Shown here piece by piece: positions 1 through 12,890 of a DNA stretch of 64,000 bases. Source of the stretch: Vezdaea acicularis. Lineage: Eukaryota. The DNA lies in NCBI GenBank assembly GCA_026025075.1, contig JAPEUI010000033.1, positions 1 to 64,000 on the forward strand, written 5' to 3'. A program made the position numbers and the translations under genes. Every line of letters starts with the position of its first letter. Position 1 is the stretch's first letter. The notes below the pieces were generated by a model. It was given only the letters and a program-made list of their open reading frames with translations, ran no database searches and was not told the origin of the DNA.

Positions 1-1143
1 CGAGGTTGCAAAGCCATCAACGCCGGTGGCGGAGCTATAACAGTACTGACAGGTGATGGAATGACCAGAGGCCCTTGTGTCAGCTTCGATACGTTGGTAC
101 GAGCCGGAGCGGCAAAGCAATGGCTTGACTCGGAAGCTGGACAGAAGGTGATGAAGAAAGCTTTTGATTCTACTAGCAGATTTGCTCGGCTGCAGACCAT
201 CAAGACCGCAATGGCTGGCACATACCTCTACATCCGCTTCAAGACGACGACAGGCGATGCCATGGGCATGAACATGATATCTAAAGGCGTCGAACATGCG
301 CTGCATGTGATGGCCAACGAGAGCGGCTTCGAAGATATGGCCATCGTCTCTGTATCTGGTAACTACTGCACGGACAAGAAGCCTGCCGCCATAAACTGGA
401 TTGATGGTCGTGGCAAGAGTGTCGTCGCCGAAGCCATCATCCCTGGCGACGTCGTGCGAAACGTCCTCAAAAGCGACGTCAATGCCCTCGTCGAGCTGAA
501 CGTAAGCAAGAACCTAATCGGTAGCGCCATGGCCGGCAGCATCGGCGGTTTTAATGCGCATGCTGCTAACGTCCTAACCGCCATCTTCCTCGCCACCGGC
601 CAAGACCCGGCTCAGAACGTGGAGAGCAGTAATTGCATCACCATAATGAAAAAGTAAGCCATCCAGCAGAATCCTAATCCAAGCTATGATTCAAACAAAT
701 TTGCTGACTTAATCCTTTGCAGCTATAATGGTAATCTCCAAATCTCCGTCTCCATGCCGTCTATCGAAGTCGGTACCATTGGTGGTGGTACCATCCTCGA
801 GCCCCAAGGCGCCATGCTCGACCTCCTCGGCGTGCGCGGCGCCCACCCCTCGCACCCAGGGCAGAACGCGCAACGTCTCGCGCGTATTGTTGCCGCCGCC
901 GTACTAGCCGGCGAACTCAGTCTGTGCAGCGCCCTCGCGGCCGGACATCTGGTCAAGTCTCACATGGCACATAACAGGAGCGCGCCTGCGACGAGGAGCA
1001 GTACTCCCGTGCAGAATATCAGCGCGGGGAGTAGCAGCGGGCACCTAAGCGGGATCGCCACGCCCGTTACCTTGGCCATGACGAGCGTCCATGGCGGCAA
1101 GGCCGCGGCGGCGGGTGAGTACCTCCGGCCGGCTGGGCGGTAG
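1..1143 (+). CDS. HMG1: HMG-CoA reductase, C-terminal catalytic part (5' end outside the window)
   Basis: Motifs [49 protein letters not shown] and GHLVKSHM. Intron 654-722 (GTAAGC...GCTGAC...CAG) joins the two ORFs in frame. Confidence 0.97.
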
Positions 1144-1949
1144 ATGCTCCCAATCTAGAGGGAGTCGGTATCGGTGTCGATGCATTGCGTGGTGTCTCTC
1201 ATGTCCTCTTCTCTGGAGCTGCATTTTCCCCCCTTCTTTTCTTTTTTCTTTTACAAATCCGGTTTAGAGCGAGATCGAGCATTATCCTGTTTTGTTCTTT
1301 TTGCGAGGTGCGTTCTTTTTGATCTTCTGGACCCGGACGGGGGTGGTTGTGTGCGTGGACCCCCTACTCCCCCCTGCTGGTTCGATGCGTGGTCATGGAG
1401 AGGGAGGTTTGATAGATGGGCGGCATACATACATCCATAGATAGATAGGCTGACGGAATAGAAACTATCCTACCCGACAAACCCATATTTCCGAATACTC
1501 GTCGCGTTTCTCTCCTCTCGTCGAGCCGCAGTCTCTAAGCCCCTTTCCTCTTGGGGCGGGTCGGGGTCGTTAGAATATGTTGCTCTTAACAATGGGGGAG
1601 CACCCATGTTTCTTTTTTCGGCTGCTGCAAGCTGCCTAAGGGCCCCCCCCCCCTTTTTTTTTCTCAGAGCTAAGATGTCTACTGTCACTTCCTGCGGTCT
1701 ATCTGATACTTGCATTGTCCGCAGATTCTTACTCGTCGTATGTGATGGAACAAGATCATATAACGGGATCTCACACATACAACGACCGCTCGCCGGTATA
1801 ATCAAAGATTAGGGTCACGATGGGCGAGCTTATCTTCTGCATGCTCGGATTGGGTCATGAGGAGGTGAACGAGGCGAACACAAGAGTGGAGAGTTGAGGG
1901 GTGTGGGTACACGATCATGAGCTCGGACATACTCATCGAATTGACATGC

Positions 1950-3515
1950 AAATATCCGTCGTTGCCTTTTGGGATTGAGTTTATCTTCCGATGAGGGAAC
2001 TCGTCCGTCTACAAGGCGAGGAATGTTGTAGAGGGTTTATATCCCAGAATGCCGATTGAAAGGTTCGTGTCTTTACTGGATGACGTTGACGATGACGAGA
2101 GGATCTCCATCGAGCAGAGAATTGCCTCGAAATACCAGCTAGGGAGAGTTGATTTAGGAGATTTGTTGAAAGCCTTAGGCAGTACGACCTGCGCAAGGCC
2201 CAAAAGTCAGGTATCGAGTATCATCGAGTCGTTCATTGAGTTCGAGGTAACGAATCCACTGGACAACCCCAGCTTTCTTGGAAGCCGCTCAAATGGCCGA
2301 TCCTTATCCCTCGAGTACCCCCACCCCCTCTCCTTCCTCCTCCTCCAGAAGAGTTTCGTCGTACGAGGCAAGAACTTCCTCAGCAACCTAGCTTGAGTGT
2401 GGGTTGATGACGAATATCGAAAGAACTCCGATTGAAGCGTTTCGTATCCCTACTCTCTTGACGTGAACGATCACAAGAGGAGCTTCCATCGAGCAGAGGA
2501 TTGCCTCGAAATACCAGCCAGAGAGAGTCGATTTGGGAGATGTGTTGATTATCCTTAAGCGGTGCATTCCGCGCAAGGCCCCAAAGTCAGGTATCGAGTA
2601 TCATCGAGTCGTTCGTGGAATTCGAGGTAGCGAATCCATTCGACGACCCCCGCTTTCTTGGAGGCCGCCGGAATAGCCACGTTCTGCCCCTTTTTATCCG
2701 CGTAAGGCCCAGTGGTCGAGTATCGTCAAGTCTTTCTTTGAGCTCGAGGTATCAGATCCATTGGACAACCCCAGCTTTCTTGGAGGCCGCCCGAATAGCT
2801 TTGTCCTGCCCCTTTTTATCCGCGTAAGGCCCAAAGGTCATGTGTTGGTTGTCGAGTCGTTCATTTAGCTCAAGGTATCTGATCCATTGGACAACCCCAG
2901 CTTTCTTGGAGGCTACTAGAATGGCCTAGTCCTGCCCTTTTTTATAGCTTCATCCCCATCTTAGTAGGCTTGGATCTTGTTGTGGATATGTGGTTCGCTA
3001 TATAACGGTATACCAAACGTCGATCCTGATTGCAATGGTTACCTAATGGTTGTTAGAACAATAGGCAAAAAAAAAGCTTCCTAGTATCTGGGCCAATATG
3101 AATGGTTTCGAGCTTGTCTTCCACAAGAAGCCATGTCTTGGGATCTGTGACCGTATGTAAACGGAAGACCTGCACATCAGGAGGTAGGTCAAGCAAGCTC
3201 AGTAGAGCAATAACAATCCCTCCACTCAACCATCTAGGGGAACCCAGACACTTATATGCATCTGCATCCAGTATATATCTCAGAACGCTGATTAAAGGGT
3301 TTGTGTCTTTACTTTCTTGACGTTGGCGATGACGAGAGGATCTCCGTCGAGCAGAGGATTGCCTCGGAAACCTAACTAGGAAGAGTTGATTTGGGAGATG
3401 TGTTGATGACATTAGGCAGTGCAACCTGCATAAGGCCCAAAGGTCATGTGTCGGTCGTCGAGCCCTTCATTGATTTCAAGATATCGGATCCACCGGACTA
3501 CCCCAGCTTTCTTTG
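1950..3515 (-). pseudogene. Degenerate multi-copy coding relic (five partial copies), possibly transposon-derived
   Basis: Anchor AAGGCCC at 2195, 2575, 2704, 2826 and 3432. The minus frame repeats SKKAGVVxWIRYLExxExLD...GP and FRGNPLLDG, with in-frame stops and indels. Confidence 0.6.
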
Positions 3516-3691
3516 AAGATGTATGGTTCATCGTACAATGGCGAATTATATAGACAACGGAGGGCGTCTGTGTCATATGTGGTCGAATGGGGGGAGGGGG
3601 GGGGAGGGGGGGGGAGCGCTGTTGATCATCGAAGTGTCATGGGCCGCCGGGGGGGGGGCTCGTGTTTTGGTGCGGTGTTCATGTAATGAAT

Positions 3692-3793
3692 AACCCTCCA
3701 TATAACGAATAAGCCGGCATATAACGATCAACCCTCCATACAACGACCAACCCTGCGTACAACGACCAACCCCGCGTACAATACCCAACCCTC
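3692..3793. repeat. 19-bp minisatellite, about 5 degenerate copies
   Basis: AACCCTCCATATAACGAAT / AAGCCGGCATATAACGATC / AACCCTCCATACAACGACC / AACCCTGCGTACAACGACC / AACCCCGCGTACAATACCC. Confidence 0.85.
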
Positions 3794-4178
3794 TCATTCC
3801 CCCCCTCCCCCTCCCAGCCCAACAACCAGCCACCCGCCCGAAACCCCATCGTACTGTCGTACCAAACGCTTCATCAGCCCAGACGCGTTTGACAGCTGCA
3901 AGAAAGATGAGGGGGGGGGTGGAGGTCCTATGCAGAACTTTGTAATTTACAGTGAGGATCACGAGAGCGGTAGGGGGGGCTACCAAGTAGACTCACGTTG
4001 AAGGGAGGCAATTTGGTGATGATATGTACGGATCCAAACCCAGAAGTCGAGACTCGAACGCCGGTATTCCCTTCCCCCCTTTCCCCCTTTTGACATTCCC
4101 CTACCAAAACACCACACACCCCACCCTATCTCCCTCCCCCTCAGCCTACTCCAACTCACTCCCACCACATTTCCAATC

Positions 4179-5982
4179 CTACCGCCAAATAACCCCATCA
4201 GGGACATACCTCCTGCCATCCACACCTCTAACCTCCCTTCCCCTAGCCTCCGCATCCCACCGCGCCCTCCCCTCCGCCGCCCTCCTTTCCCCCGTCGAGC
4301 CCAACGCCGAGCCCCCCGCCGCCGGACCACCAAGCAGAAAGACCTCGTCCTCAGCTCTCCACCTGACATTAGCGCCGCGATAATTCCCACGTGGGGGACC
4401 GGCCGGCGCGCTGCGACGGCCGTCGTAGGAGGGGACGGTTTGGATCTGGAAGTAGTCGTCGCGGGCGTCGCCGCGGGGGGAGCTGCTGAGTTGGGGGGAG
4501 AGCACGAGGCGGTGGGAGGGGGAGGGGAGGGGGGAGTGGAAGGGAGAGGAGTTGCGGCGGGCGGCGGCGCTGAGACCGGTTGAGGGGAGGGAGAGGGAGA
4601 AAGGGTCGGTGAAGCCGCGGTCGAGGGTGCGTGGTTGCGGATAGGGGTATCGGTCGCGGTCTCTATCTCGGTCTCGGTCTCGGTCGCGATCTCGCTCTAG
4701 ATCGCGAGAGCGGTCGTGCTCTCGATCACGATGGCGGTGGCGCTCTCGATCGCGGTCGCGGTCGTGCGGCTGGACGTATTCGATATCGCTTGAATGGCGA
4801 TGGCGGGTCCGTGGCTGTTTGGTGGGAGAATGCGAATTGTGTCGAGGTCGGACGACAAGCGGGCTGAGGGCACGGCTACCCTCGCTCTCGGAGGTGTCAG
4901 ATTCAGAGGAAGCGGAGGAGGGCGTGGAGGGCAGGCTTGGCGCCGAATCTCTCGACAGGCGGCTGCGCGAGGAGGGTACTTCCGGGGCAGCGGGGATGGA
5001 GCGCCGAGGGATGTAGTACGGCTCGGGAAAGCTGTTGCGGCGTTCGTGCTCGTCGTACTGCCCAGGTGGTTCGAGTGAGCGCTTCTCGTAGCCTTGGCGA
5101 CCAGATGGCGAGTTCACGTAGACGACCTTCGGCGTCTTCGATCCCCTGCGCTCCTCGTCCCGCGAGCTGCGTGGGGGTGAGCGTTGGGGACTGGAGCTCG
5201 ATCGAGGGCGGCTGATGTTCATTTGAGGCGGCGATTCGCCATTCATGCGTGTTTCTTTTGCACGGAGATCTACGCCTGCTGCGGGCGAGTCGACACCGTT
5301 GGCACCAGCCTGGGCTTCGGCGGCTTCTCTCGCAAGACGCTCTGTGACCTTCTGGTGCCAGGCTGTCATGTCTGGATCTGGCTTGGATGGGAGAGCTTCT
5401 CGAGGGAGAAACTTGGGAAACGAATTTCCTGTCTCCGGGTCGATGATATCAAAGTCCCTGACGGCGGCTTGCAGATATGGCACATTTTCCACCGGATCGA
5501 GGAGAAGCTGGACGGTCTGCCATTTGACAAACCCTCGCGGCTTCAGCGCAGGTATGGAAGGAGCAGCGTAGTCATCCGCAGGGGGCTCCAGAGAATGCGT
5601 GCATCCAAGTGCTTGGTAGATGAAGCTCAGGGCACCGTCAGGCGTTTCCTTAAAGAGGGCTTAGGGCGGTTAGTGACACCTCCCCCTCATGTAAGACTGC
5701 GAGCTCACCAGTGTAGTCACGACCGACCGACAGGTAAAACGCATTGAGCTTTGCAGGTATCAAGCATCGTGTATCTCTTGGCTCAACATTGTCGCTCTAA
5801 ATGAATTGCTGATGGTCAGCATGTTGCCATTCGACTAGGAGCGCAGAGCCATTTGAGCGTACGACATAATTCCCGACACCACGCAGTAGCCTCTCCAGCA
5901 ATTCCGTTGGTCTCCTACGTTCGTTAAGGAGGAACCCCCAGAAAGCTTCCGGCCTGTCTTGCGCAGCTGGCTCGGAGCTCAT
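4179..5982 (-). CDS. Conserved fungal hypothetical protein (DUF7514-like N-terminal domain, long Ser/Arg/Pro-rich tail with RD repeats)
   Basis: Exon 1 MSSEPAAQDRPEAFWGFLLNERRRPTELLERLLRGVGNYV, short introns, then a long exon with FPKFLPREALPSKPDPDMTAWH. The domain name is from recall only. Confidence 0.7.
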
Positions 5983-6814
5983 TGTTTGTGACGTCGAATT
6001 TGGCGACGGAGCTGTCCAAGGTTTCGTTTATTCGAGGACGGAAGCTTATTCGGGCGAAGTTGGTACGTATTGAGACAATGCCACGATCAGCATTGAGGCG
6101 GCCAGAGAGAAGCTCTGAAACCTCCTCACTTGTATATGAGACTCAATGAAATGAGAGAATGGATGCCTTCGAGCAAGGGTCTGATGCTGTTCCAGCTGAG
6201 ATGAGGTAAGTGCGGGCCATGCCGTTTGGGGGGGGACAACCGGGGTTTGCTTAGCGACGCCCAATGATGTTGTGTTACACGACTCTACGCCTAAGGCAGC
6301 AAAAACATCGAATAAGGGGCTGTAGCCTACGCAGACGCCCTCTCCTCCTTGCAACGCATCATTCCCTAGCAGCGACCATAACCTCTAATGAAATTTTCAG
6401 GATAATTTTCCGAATTTATGCTGTTTATTTTGGATTTTTTCTACCCTACAATGTCCGATCTTTGTGCAGCTGTGGCCCCATGGTAATTGTGTTTAAACTT
6501 AAGTGGCTATATAATGGGACTTTAGATCAGTGAATTTTGTTACACAAATTAAGTGTCTACAGAGAATCTAAGCTTGTATGCAGGGGTTTTTCCTTTTTGG
6601 ACGACATCTCAGAAGTAGAGACGAGACTAGATGCGGCGCTTGAATCTACCGTCCAGCGGGCAGAAGGCGCAAGACTCGTTATGTGATACGGTATATACAG
6701 AATCCATATCTATTCCAAGAAGATCCAGCTCATTCAATGGGCTCCCAACACTCAAGCATAATATCTGGAACGCGCTGCCATCAAGATACCCCTCCTCCTC
6801 AACTCTCAAACCTC

Positions 6815-8175
6815 TCACATCCCCGCAGCAGGTAGCTTCTCATCCGCCATATCCTTCAAGTCCGGCGGCGCACCCGTATACTGCCACCAGCAATCGACGT
6901 AGGTCTGGGGCGGCTGACAATCGGCGCAGAAATTAAAGTTCTCAACATTGCGCCAACTCAGGGTCGGGCCCTCGACTCGCGGCGCGAAGCCTTCGCGTGG
7001 CGGCAGGTTCACGATGAGCAAGTCGTTGTAGACGGCCGTCTCGCGCGTGCCGAGCCCGTACTGCGAGAAGGCCCCGTTGGTGGTGACACCCTTCACCTTC
7101 AGCCCGCTGCACGCCTCGGCCGCGATGGTGCCCGGCATGTTCTCGCGTAGGGACATGGTGAGGACGTAGCCTTCTTTCAGCTGGGAGCGTGAGGTGGCGG
7201 TGGCAGTGATGGTGCCGTTCTCGTTGGTCTTGATGTCGTTCAGGTACCAGAAGTTACAGCTGGGCCGGGTGTAATGGCTCGGGTCGCTAACGTCGAGGCA
7301 GCCGATGTTGCGCGCGTTGGCGGTCTTCCAGATGCCCTTGTCGTAGCCTTGGTCAATTTCGATGGTTAGTAGGGAGGTATCGCCGTCGCCTGTTGGCGTC
7401 ATGGCAGTGATTCGCGCTTGTGAGTAGAGCTCACCCGCATCGATCCACCATGTGCCGCCAAGGATCGTGAAATTGTCTGTCACGTCAATATAGATGGCGT
7501 TGTTAGGAGCATTTGGGTTCGTCTCCGGGTCCATGCTGAATGTGAATCTACTTGGGGTGAGACCATGCTGCCTGGATCGGGAGGGACGTGTGTGGCACAG
7601 ACTTACGTGCAACCGCGGAGATCAAGTGTGGCCCCATCATATAGCCAGAAGCTCATCATCTTGTTGAATTCGTCTTCTGCGCTCATGTAGTTATAAGTCC
7701 CTGCCTTCACTACCATGAACCGCTTCTTTTGAACGAAATATTGATCATGGGACCATTTGTTGAAATCCTTGACATCAAAGTCGGTCCCGTTGGGCGTATA
7801 TGTTACACCATCGGCGGGGACAGAATCAGTGGGCTGTTCGGCTTGTGGCAGGCCCGGTTCGTCGAGGTAGAGACCGCCAAATATCAAACCTGTTGATGCA
7901 TTGGTATTGATGGGAGAGTGTGCTGTGCCCGAAGAATTCGATGCAGACGAGTTGTAGATTGCGGCAGCCGGGATCGACCCTGGCGCCGACGTCGACTCCG
8001 ATGCTGATGTAGTGGATAAACGAATCGAGGTAGCAGAGGCGGTCAATGTTGTCCGTGATGCCGAACCAGCGCCATCCTCTGCTCGAACATATATGATCTC
8101 GCCAAGCGGATCGCCTTGCGCTAGCACCGAGGCAGCAGAGAACGACAAGAGAAGGGAGAAGTGAGGAACACGCAT
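6815..8175 (-). CDS. Secreted protein with Ser/Thr/Ala-rich linker and probable beta-helix-like domain; paralogue of 46342-47871
   Basis: Signal peptide MRVPHFSLLLSFSAASVLA. Intron 7548-7606 (GTAAGT...TAG) gives LDLRGCT-FTF, matching the paralogue LDLRGCTFTY. Confidence 0.85.
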
Positions 8176-10472
8176 AATAAGGAATGTAGGAGATTGCTCT
8201 TCACAGAAGAACGACCACGAGAGGCAAATGCAACCGACAAAACAAAAGAAGCTGGCTGACCCAAAAGAAACTTTGGTACCAGACCCAAACAAACAGGCAA
8301 GGAAGGGCACGATAGGCATATCGTGCCTTTTATCGATAGCGAGCGACACAAGATGAGCAAGGCATTACGGGCGTCCAACACTCTTTTCCCGGGCGGGAAC
8401 CTCCCTCCAGCAAGCGGCTGGGCTCCATCCTGCGAAGGGCTGCAGGAAAGCTAGAACGAGGAGTTATGGTATGGGGGAGGGCTATTCAATTGCCGGCTGT
8501 GCAGCAATTGCAATTTGACGGTCCATCGTGGAGCAGAGGCATGGTGTGCTCCTGCACCATCGTTTCAGAGGCTCGGGGACACGTCCCATGAGCCCGGGCC
8601 CAGCAAAACATTTAAAGCTTCAGGATGGCCGACCTCATCTTATGAAGTATCTTGCACTCAAAGGCAAGGGGCATTGCGTTGCTCCAGGAGTATGGTAGGG
8701 GCAGGACCTTTAATATGTAAAATCCGTAATACGGTGCCGGTCCGTTAACATAGGGCGGGTTACACGTGATCTGTATACCCTGGATCCTGTCGGAGTTTTG
8801 AAAAAATTTCGCCGGTCGTGTCACCATCGGCCTGCACACGGGACCAGGGATTGGTCTGGAAACTGGGGTATGTTACAGTCAGCCGTGAGACTGGGACCAT
8901 GTGCCATGAACGGGACCCTGTAGCTGGTTCATCCGAAAAGTCGGACGAGAGAGGCGATGCGCACTGTCGTATTCGCTCTCACCCTCCGCTCTTACTTTTT
9001 TTTTTTCGGACGAATCAGACCACCGCCCCGAAACCCCCATGGCGGACACCGGTCGAATTTCCGCAATCCTGCGCTGCTGTCGGAGCGTTACTCGCCGAAC
9101 GTGGGATGCCATACCCCACGACCGGGCGACAGTCAGGATACTGTACCGGAGGATCTGGAGGATGATGGGTTGGGCCTGGCTCATTGCTCTTTCATGATCT
9201 TCGCGTGAAGCACGCGCTGTGGTGAGAAGCTGTGCTCGCCCATGTAGATGGACGAGGCGGGAGACATTCTCGAAGGCCGTGAGCAGAATTTCCAACCTAA
9301 TAGCTTAGTTCCATGCTCGCCAGGGCGTTCGCTTCGTTGATTATGGAGAGATGTCCGAGTCAAATACATGAGAGCACCAGCCCTCATCCTCTTCGGCCGG
9401 ACTTAAGGTCCCAAGGGGGCCAGATATGGTTGCATTGATAAGCAGCGTGATGGCGGCGCAGGCCCTGAAACGTGCTCGAGTGGTGGTCGCACATGCGCGA
9501 CAGACGCTAGACCGCGACGGGTCAACCGCGCTGCCTGATGGACGCCGAGTCGGACGAACGTTGGCGCGAGTCGGCGGAATGACGTCGCCCCCGCCAATTT
9601 CCGCGCGCAGGAAAACTTCGTCCGCGCGCTGGAGGAACAAGCTGAGGACGTCGGCGGGAAGTCGGTGGGGAGTCGGTGGAGTCGGCGCGAGTCGCTGCTT
9701 TGTCATCTCGGCCGCGCTCCGAGCCAAGCAAACGGCCACACGCCGCCGACCGTTCGAGCCTCCTGGCAAGGGCCCCGAGCGAGGCCAGACAGCCGCACGC
9801 AGCAATTCACGCACTGGCGTCAGCCCTAGGCCACATGCGGCCGGTCGTCATGACTCCTTTGACGACCGACGGCGTTGATGCGGTGTGCAGCCCGCGTCGT
9901 GCTGTTCGTCCTATGTCCGTCCTGTGCCCGCCGATAGGGCTGATTGGGCCTGCGAGGATCCCTCCTCCCGACTGGTTGGGTGGCCGCGCTGCCGTCGATG
10001 CGCAGGCCCGCATAGACGCGCCAGAGATGGAGCATGTCATCGGTCGAACGTTGCTCCATGGCAGCTCTCGTCCGCCATTTCGCGCGCGCCCTCTGACAAA
10101 CGCCGTGCACAACTGGGTGAGGGTGAGGGTGAGGAAAGAGCAAGGAGGGCTAGCCCCCCCTTCCGGACATAACTTCCCGCTCCTTGTCCTTATGCCCGAA
10201 GCAGAGCTGCTGAGTGAGATTTGTTCAGTCAGCGCCCGCTAGAATCTCCTGGCGAGCGAAATCTGCACACCTTCCCGTCCCCATCTATATAATCGACATC
10301 CCTTCCCTTCGTGATCCTGCCCATCCCCTTGGTCGAGACAATAGATCGCCAGCTTCAGTCACCGACTTGACAAGTCTTGGTCGCTCTCGGACTCACCTGA
10401 CACCCTGGCAGACAAAGGCTGCTTCACTTTTTTCTCGATTCTCTAGTCAGAACCCCATCCTACATCGGTGAC

Positions 10473-12206
10473 ATGGCTGTGTCCACACACGAAGGCGGGC
10501 TCGCCGTCCCCGAGAAAGCTCTCGACGATGGCGCGACGACACCCTCACCGTTGCCCTCAGAACATCTGTCGACCGGTAAGGGTAGCAAAGCCGGATCGCT
10601 CGTCAATTCAGATCCGGGCCAGGTCGAGAAGGGAGAAGTCCCCGTCGACCGCGAGCCTCCCCCACGCACGGTCACCGGCTTCCTCTGGGCGCTCGTCGTC
10701 GTCTCAATTCTTTCGTCGACCTTCCTGTTCGCGCTCGACAACACCATCGTGGCCGATATCCAACCGGCGATCATCGAACGCTTTGGTGACATTGGGAAGC
10801 TCCCTTGGCTATCCGTTGCCTTCTTGCTTGGTGCCGTCTCGACAAACTTGATCTGGGGCAAGATCTACGGCCAGTTCAACGCGAAATGGCTCTATATCGT
10901 CACTGTCTTCCTCTTCGAGGCCGGCTCCGCCATCTGCGGTGCGGCGAACAACCTCGATGCTCTGATCGTCGGCCGTGCCATTGCTGGTGTAGGCGGTTCC
11001 GGCATGTACGTCGGAGTCATGACACTCTTGTCCATCACGACGACGGAGCATGAACGCCCAACCTACATCGGCATGACGGGTTTGACGTGGGGTGCTGGAA
11101 CGGTCTTGGGGCCCATTATCGGAGGAGCCTTCACCGACAGCAGCGTCGGATGGAGGTTTGCCTTTTACCTTAATTTGTTCGTTGCCGGTGCCTTTGCCCC
11201 GGTATACATCTGGCTCCTGCCATCTCACGACCCCCGCCCGGGCGTCAAGATTTCGAGCCGATTCCGTCACCTTGACTTCCTCGGAACCCTTCTCATCATC
11301 GGCGCCTTCCTCACTGGCGTGATGGCCATTTCCTTCGGTGGCAATGTCTACAACTGGCACTCGGGCCGCATCATCGCCCTCTTCATCATCTCCGGCCTCC
11401 TCTTCATTGCTTTCGGCTTCCAGCAAGTCTATTGCTTCACGACGTCCCCGGAGCAGCGGATCTTCCCGATCCAGTTCCTAAAGTCGAAAGATCTTGTGAT
11501 CCTATTCGCCCAGACGTCCTCCGCTGGAACGGCAATCTTCATCCCGATCTACTTCATCCCGCTCTTCTTCCAATTCGTCAAGAACGACAAGGCCCTCGAA
11601 GCTGGCGTCCGCCTACTACCATTCGTGGTCCTGCTTATCACGGCCGTCATGGCCAATGGGATCCTCATGACCAAATACGGCTACTACATGCCCTGGTACG
11701 TCTTCGCCGGCGTCTTCACCATCATCGGCGCCGCCCTGATGTACACGGTCGACGAGCACACGACGACGGCCCGGATCTACGGCTACAGCATCCTGCTCGC
11801 CATCGGGTCCGGCGCGGCATGCCAGGCGTCCTTCTCCGTCGCCCAAGCGAAGGTCGCGCCAATGGACATCCCCTCGGCCGTCGGCTTCATCACCTGCGCA
11901 CAGATCGCCGGCGTCACCATCGCCCTCGCCATCGCTAACTCCATCTTCCTCAACCAGTCGGCCAACAACATCCGCACCATCCTGCCCGACGTCCCGCTCG
12001 AGACCGTCCGCTCCGCCATCTCCGGCGTCGGCTCCCAGTTCTTCAACACCCTCAACGCCGACCAGAAGGCCGCCGTCCTCCACATCATCATCGCGTCCAT
12101 CGGCCGCACCTACATCCTCGCCATCACCGCCGGCTGCGTCTTGCTCATCCTCTCGGTCTTCATGCCTCGCGAGAAGCTCTTCCTCGCGGCGGCCGCCGCC
12201 GCGTAG
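10473..12206 (+). CDS. MFS drug/toxin efflux transporter (14-TMS DHA2 type), intronless
   Basis: FLFALDNTIVA, LIVGRAIAGVGGSG and GTVLGPIIGGAFTDSSVGWRFAFYLNL; many hydrophobic segments; 577 aa. Confidence 0.95.
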   Translation: MAVSTHEGGLAVPEKALDDGATTPSPLPSEHLSTGKGSKAGSLVNSDPGQVEKGEVPVDREPPPRTVTGFLWALVVVSILSSTFLFALDNTIVADIQPAIIERFGDIGKLPWLSVAFLLGAVSTNLIWGKIYGQFNAKWLYIVTVFLFEAGSAICGAANNLDALIVGRAIAGVGGSGMYVGVMTLLSITTTEHERPTYIGMTGLTWGAGTVLGPIIGGAFTDSSVGWRFAFYLNLFVAGAFAPVYIWLLPSHDPRPGVKISSRFRHLDFLGTLLIIGAFLTGVMAISFGGNVYNWHSGRIIALFIISGLLFIAFGFQQVYCFTTSPEQRIFPIQFLKSKDLVILFAQTSSAGTAIFIPIYFIPLFFQFVKNDKALEAGVRLLPFVVLLITAVMANGILMTKYGYYMPWYVFAGVFTIIGAALMYTVDEHTTTARIYGYSILLAIGSGAACQASFSVAQAKVAPMDIPSAVGFITCAQIAGVTIALAIANSIFLNQSANNIRTILPDVPLETVRSAISGVGSQFFNTLNADQKAAVLHIIIASIGRTYILAITAGCVLLILSVFMPREKLFLAAAAAA

Positions 12207-12779
12207 ACTCTCTCCACTGCAAACTCACTCACACCCACTATCGACTAATAGAATGACATAGAGATAGACAACCGAGCGTTTTTCATAGAGCGGGTTGGGG
12301 GTTTTCTCTTCTCTCCTTTCACCTATTTGACCTTGTCTTGAAAAAACCGCATTTCCACGGCGTACGGCAGGGGAGGCCTAATATACACCACACTGGACGG
12401 CTTTGCATTGGAGTCCTTTTTTTTCTCTCTGCCTTGTACCAGTCACCCTCATAGAGCAATAGTTCTAGAGAAATACTATATCTGTGCTATACCACGCTCT
12501 GTCTCCTGCATGCACTCGTAGATGAGATGGTGATGTCTCCACTTCTGACAACTCACTCTTTTCTCCTCCCTCTCCTTGGCTACGAGAGTACGCCCGCGAG
12601 TTCGTTGGCTGGGTGTACGTGGGCTTTGCTGGTTTGACTCGATTGCCGGTTTGCCGGTTGCCTGCTGCTACACCTCTCGCCCTCCCCCTCCTTCCCACCC
12701 CCAAATAAAGAAGGTGCGCGCTAGTCACCCCTTCCCCCTTTTCTCCATCCCCTCTCCTCCTTCCTCTCCTTCCTTCCTC

Positions 12780-12780
<1 letters not shown>

Positions 12781-12861
<81 letters not shown>

Positions 12862-12890
12862 CCCCCCCCCCCCCCCCCCCCCTCCCCCCC
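12781..12890. repeat. Poly-C tract (C78-T-C23-T-C7)
   Basis: Directly visible homopolymer; its length may be an assembly artefact. Confidence 0.9.

Noticed and set aside
1950..3793. CRISPR-like array
   Set aside because: Eukaryotic DNA; the units are degenerate duplications without unique spacers or cas genes.
1..12206. Secondary-metabolite cluster around HMG-CoA reductase and the MFS pump
   Set aside because: No synthase or tailoring enzyme in the window, and the reductase looks like the housekeeping copy. Sequence left of the window cannot be seen.
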